The notes beneath the pieces were generated by a model that saw only the letters and a list, made by a program, of their open reading frames with translations, was not told where the DNA came from and searched no databases. This document shows positions 61,518-64,000 of a DNA stretch of 64,000 bases, one piece after another. The translations under genes were made by a program, and so were the position numbers. The stretch comes from Camelus ferus (taxonomy: Eukaryota): NCBI RefSeq assembly GCF_009834535.1, contig NC_045696.1, positions 55,864,001-55,928,000 on the forward strand, written 5' to 3'. Each line of letters begins with the position of its first letter. Positions within the stretch are counted from its first letter, which is position 1.

Positions 61518-62880
61518 GTAAATGCTACCCCTTTGGCTTCCTTTGACAATTTGGGAAAAGTTCAAGTCTTGTCACCTCTTTAAGTCCTGATCTCCTATGA
61601 TTAAAAAGTCTATCCAAGTTGGGTTAAAATTTAAGCAATGAGTTGTTTAGCCTGTTCTCACCTGTAAGGTGGCATTTAGCTCTCTGTGTCCCACGCCTTG
61701 CCCTCTGTACAGCAACGTGATGCCATACTCGCTCTGCACACACCCTTCACACACATACAGCCTCAGGCCTGCAAGTCCAGCCTCAGGATGCTCTCTAGAA
61801 GCATTGGTATAGTCCAGAGCCCCTGCACCCAATCTCAGACCAGATGCTTGCCAGAAGTCTTCCTTGCTAGGCTAGCCACTCTACAATTCCTGATGGACTC
61901 TAAATCAAGGAGCTACAGGGGAATCCCCAAGACTGGCACCCGTGGCCCACCTTAGAGGCATGAGGCCACATGCCAACTGGAAGAGTTCTTAATTGTTGAT
62001 TGGTCTGGGCACATTCCTGGATGATCTAGTCTGAGGAGAAGGGATTGGGAAGGCTGAGGGATTTGGCCTCAACTCACCCTGTGCGGATCATTGCTGTGAA
62101 TATCCTGAGGTCATCTAGCCTGAAGGGCTCCAGAAAAAAACTCTTTGGTAGTGTAAATGGTTCCTTCTTCTTTGCTATCCCACTTCCCATTCCTGGCTGC
62201 CACTCAGCACTGCAGCAGCCTGTCATTGCTTATATGAATGAAATGAATATCAGCTTGACAACATGTTAAGGTAGAGGTAGTTTCCCATAATAAAGCAAAT
62301 CAACATTTACTTCCTACTTATCGGGCATATGTCACTATTTCCCACAAATGTGATGGACCAGATGGTGTAACAACCACTTCACACTGTCTGCCCAGCCTCA
62401 TCTCTCACTACACTTTCTCTTTTCTCCAGACACCCCAGGAACGCTAACTACTCGAACTGCCTAGAGTATTCATGTTTCCTCACTCTTTGTGCCTCTACCT
62501 AAACTGTACTCTCTGCCTGGAATGCCTTTCTCCGACTTGTCAACCCCTGTTCTTCAAGCCAAATACTTCCCTGTGCTCCAGTGCACAGGATACAGATGCC
62601 ATTAAAACAATTGTCATGTAGATTGTTTTGCAAGATGGAGACATCGTTTCAGATTTGTGACAAATAACCTCCTGGGAATGGGCCAGATAATGTAAAGAAT
62701 GTATTTGCTGTATACTTGTTTATTTACCCCCATCTGGACAGAGTTGAATGTATCCCAGGACTCACTATAGGGCATAGCACATCACAAGCATACAGTGGAG
62801 TTGTCTGTGGAATGAATGGGTGCAGGAGTTAATCAATATGTGGCCTCAGGGCTCTGCTGTCTTTGCGTCTTTCTTTCCAG

Positions 62881-62970
62881 GGCTGGTGGAACAAGGTGGT
62901 GTCAAGATAGAACCACTTCCCAAGGAAGTGAAGGTCTACCTCCAGACCACTTCCAAGGCTCCATACTGTG
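62881..62970 (+). CDS. PLA1A: PLA1A exon 8: LVEQGGVKIEPLPKEVKVYLQTTSKAPYC; remaining exons lie beyond the window
   Basis: ttccag|GG ... TGTG|gtgagt, 90 nt. T...PYC motif ending the catalytic domain. Confidence 0.95.
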
Positions 62971-63774
62971 GTGAGTAGGGGGAAACACAAGGCTCAGCTC
63001 TGCCAGTGTGCTGCCCGGCTGAGTCCAGGGCTCCGGCTTGGACAGTGTCCAGTCCAGCATGGTAGCCGAGGTGGGAGCTGAAGAACTGAGGCAAAAATGT
63101 CATGGGATGGGAGAGGTGGGGGGCAGCAGCTACTGGTATTAGACAGAACCAGAACTTTTCAGAACACATTGCTCTACAGATGAGAACTTGGGGGCATCTT
63201 ACTTTACTGTCTGTATACCAATCCTAGTTCCTCCCCATCCCGCCATGGAAGTCTGCCTTCCGGTGTGGGTTCTCTCTAGAGTAGCATTTGGGGGTACCTT
63301 TTGGACTCCTCCATTCTGCATACATGTTCCCCTCCTTGGTGCCTGTCCTGTGTGTCTCCCACTCTGGCAGTCTTCCTAGGTCAGAGTCCATGAGAAATAC
63401 TGAACCCCACCTTCTGGCCTATACATATACCAAACTGTTCACCATGGTTCCTGACCACTTCATTTCATTGAAGCTAAGATGCCAACGATTGTAAAAGATA
63501 TTGATGTGAGAGATCAGGGTGTCTTAGAATCTCTGAAATACATTACAGCTGAACCATCCTCCTTCCTGTGCTATTGGCATCTTGACTTCCTGATTTATTA
63601 TCCTGACCCTGTCTGGTTTGTCGTGTTCAGCACAGAAGTATGCTGGTTTGGACGGGAAATTATATGACCATCCCAATTCTAACTGATCTTCTGATAAGCT
63701 GGTGTCTAGTGTTTGATCTTTGTGTCCATAACTTCCTGGTACTAGAAGGACTGTTGCAGTGTGAGATGGAGCCC

Positions 63775-64000
63775 GAAGCTCAGACTCTGTGGTCACCCAA
63801 ACCTGGATTTGAATCTCAGCTTCTCCACTTACCAGCTGTGTGATCAGGAGCAAGTTCTTTCATCTTTTTTTTTAAATTTAATTTTATTGAGTTATAGTCA
63901 GTTTACAATGTTGTATCCTTCATCTTTTTGAAACTCTATATCTTTATGTGGAAAATGGGAACAATAACAGTACCTATTTCAAAGAATCAATTGTGAGGAT
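63775..64000 (+). mobile_element. MIR SINE interrupted by a 49-bp antisense L1 3' end (63870-63918, 11-bp TSD)
   Basis: MIR core (cctggatttgaatctcagct...acttaccagctgtgtga...aaaatggga.caataacagtaccta). TTCATCTTTTT at 63859-63869 and 63919-63929. Confidence 0.75.

Noticed and set aside
1..64000. CRISPR arrays, operons, rRNA or other prokaryotic/viral systems
   Set aside because: The sequence is intron-rich mammalian DNA. I found no regularly spaced repeat-spacer array and no intact retroviral or transposase ORF.

Overview
Mammalian genomic DNA containing the syntenic block CD80 (minus strand) - ADPRH (plus) - PLA1A (plus). CD80 is complete at the coding level: non-coding exon 1, then leader, IgV, IgC, transmembrane and cytoplasmic exons, giving 302-303 aa. 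ADPRH/ARH1 is complete: 3 coding exons, 362 aa, with a CpG-island promoter head-to-head with CD80. PLA1A exons 1-8 (336 codons) are present and the gene runs off the right edge. All exons were assembled by hand with GT-AG boundaries and consistent phases. The repeats suggest a camelid (inference): a tRNA-Ala-derived Vic-1-like SINE, young L1 3' ends, and no Alu/B1/Bov-A/PRE1/Can-SINE that I could recognise. I found no novel protein-coding system; almost all ORF-track entries outside the exons are spurious. Best leads: (1) an intronic stop plus poly(A) signals able to make a 235-aa secreted CD80; (2) an NF-kB/ISRE motif cluster between the divergent CD80 and ADPRH promoters; (3) a 56-bp locally templated insertion with an adjacent 19-bp tandem duplication inside an old L1; (4) a Met-Cys N-terminus on ADPRH; (5) a single 4-codon uORF in the CD80 leader; (6) a candidate cryptic CD80 exon. 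Repeat family names and comparisons to human/rodent orthologues come from memory, not from a search, and repeat boundaries without TSDs are approximate.
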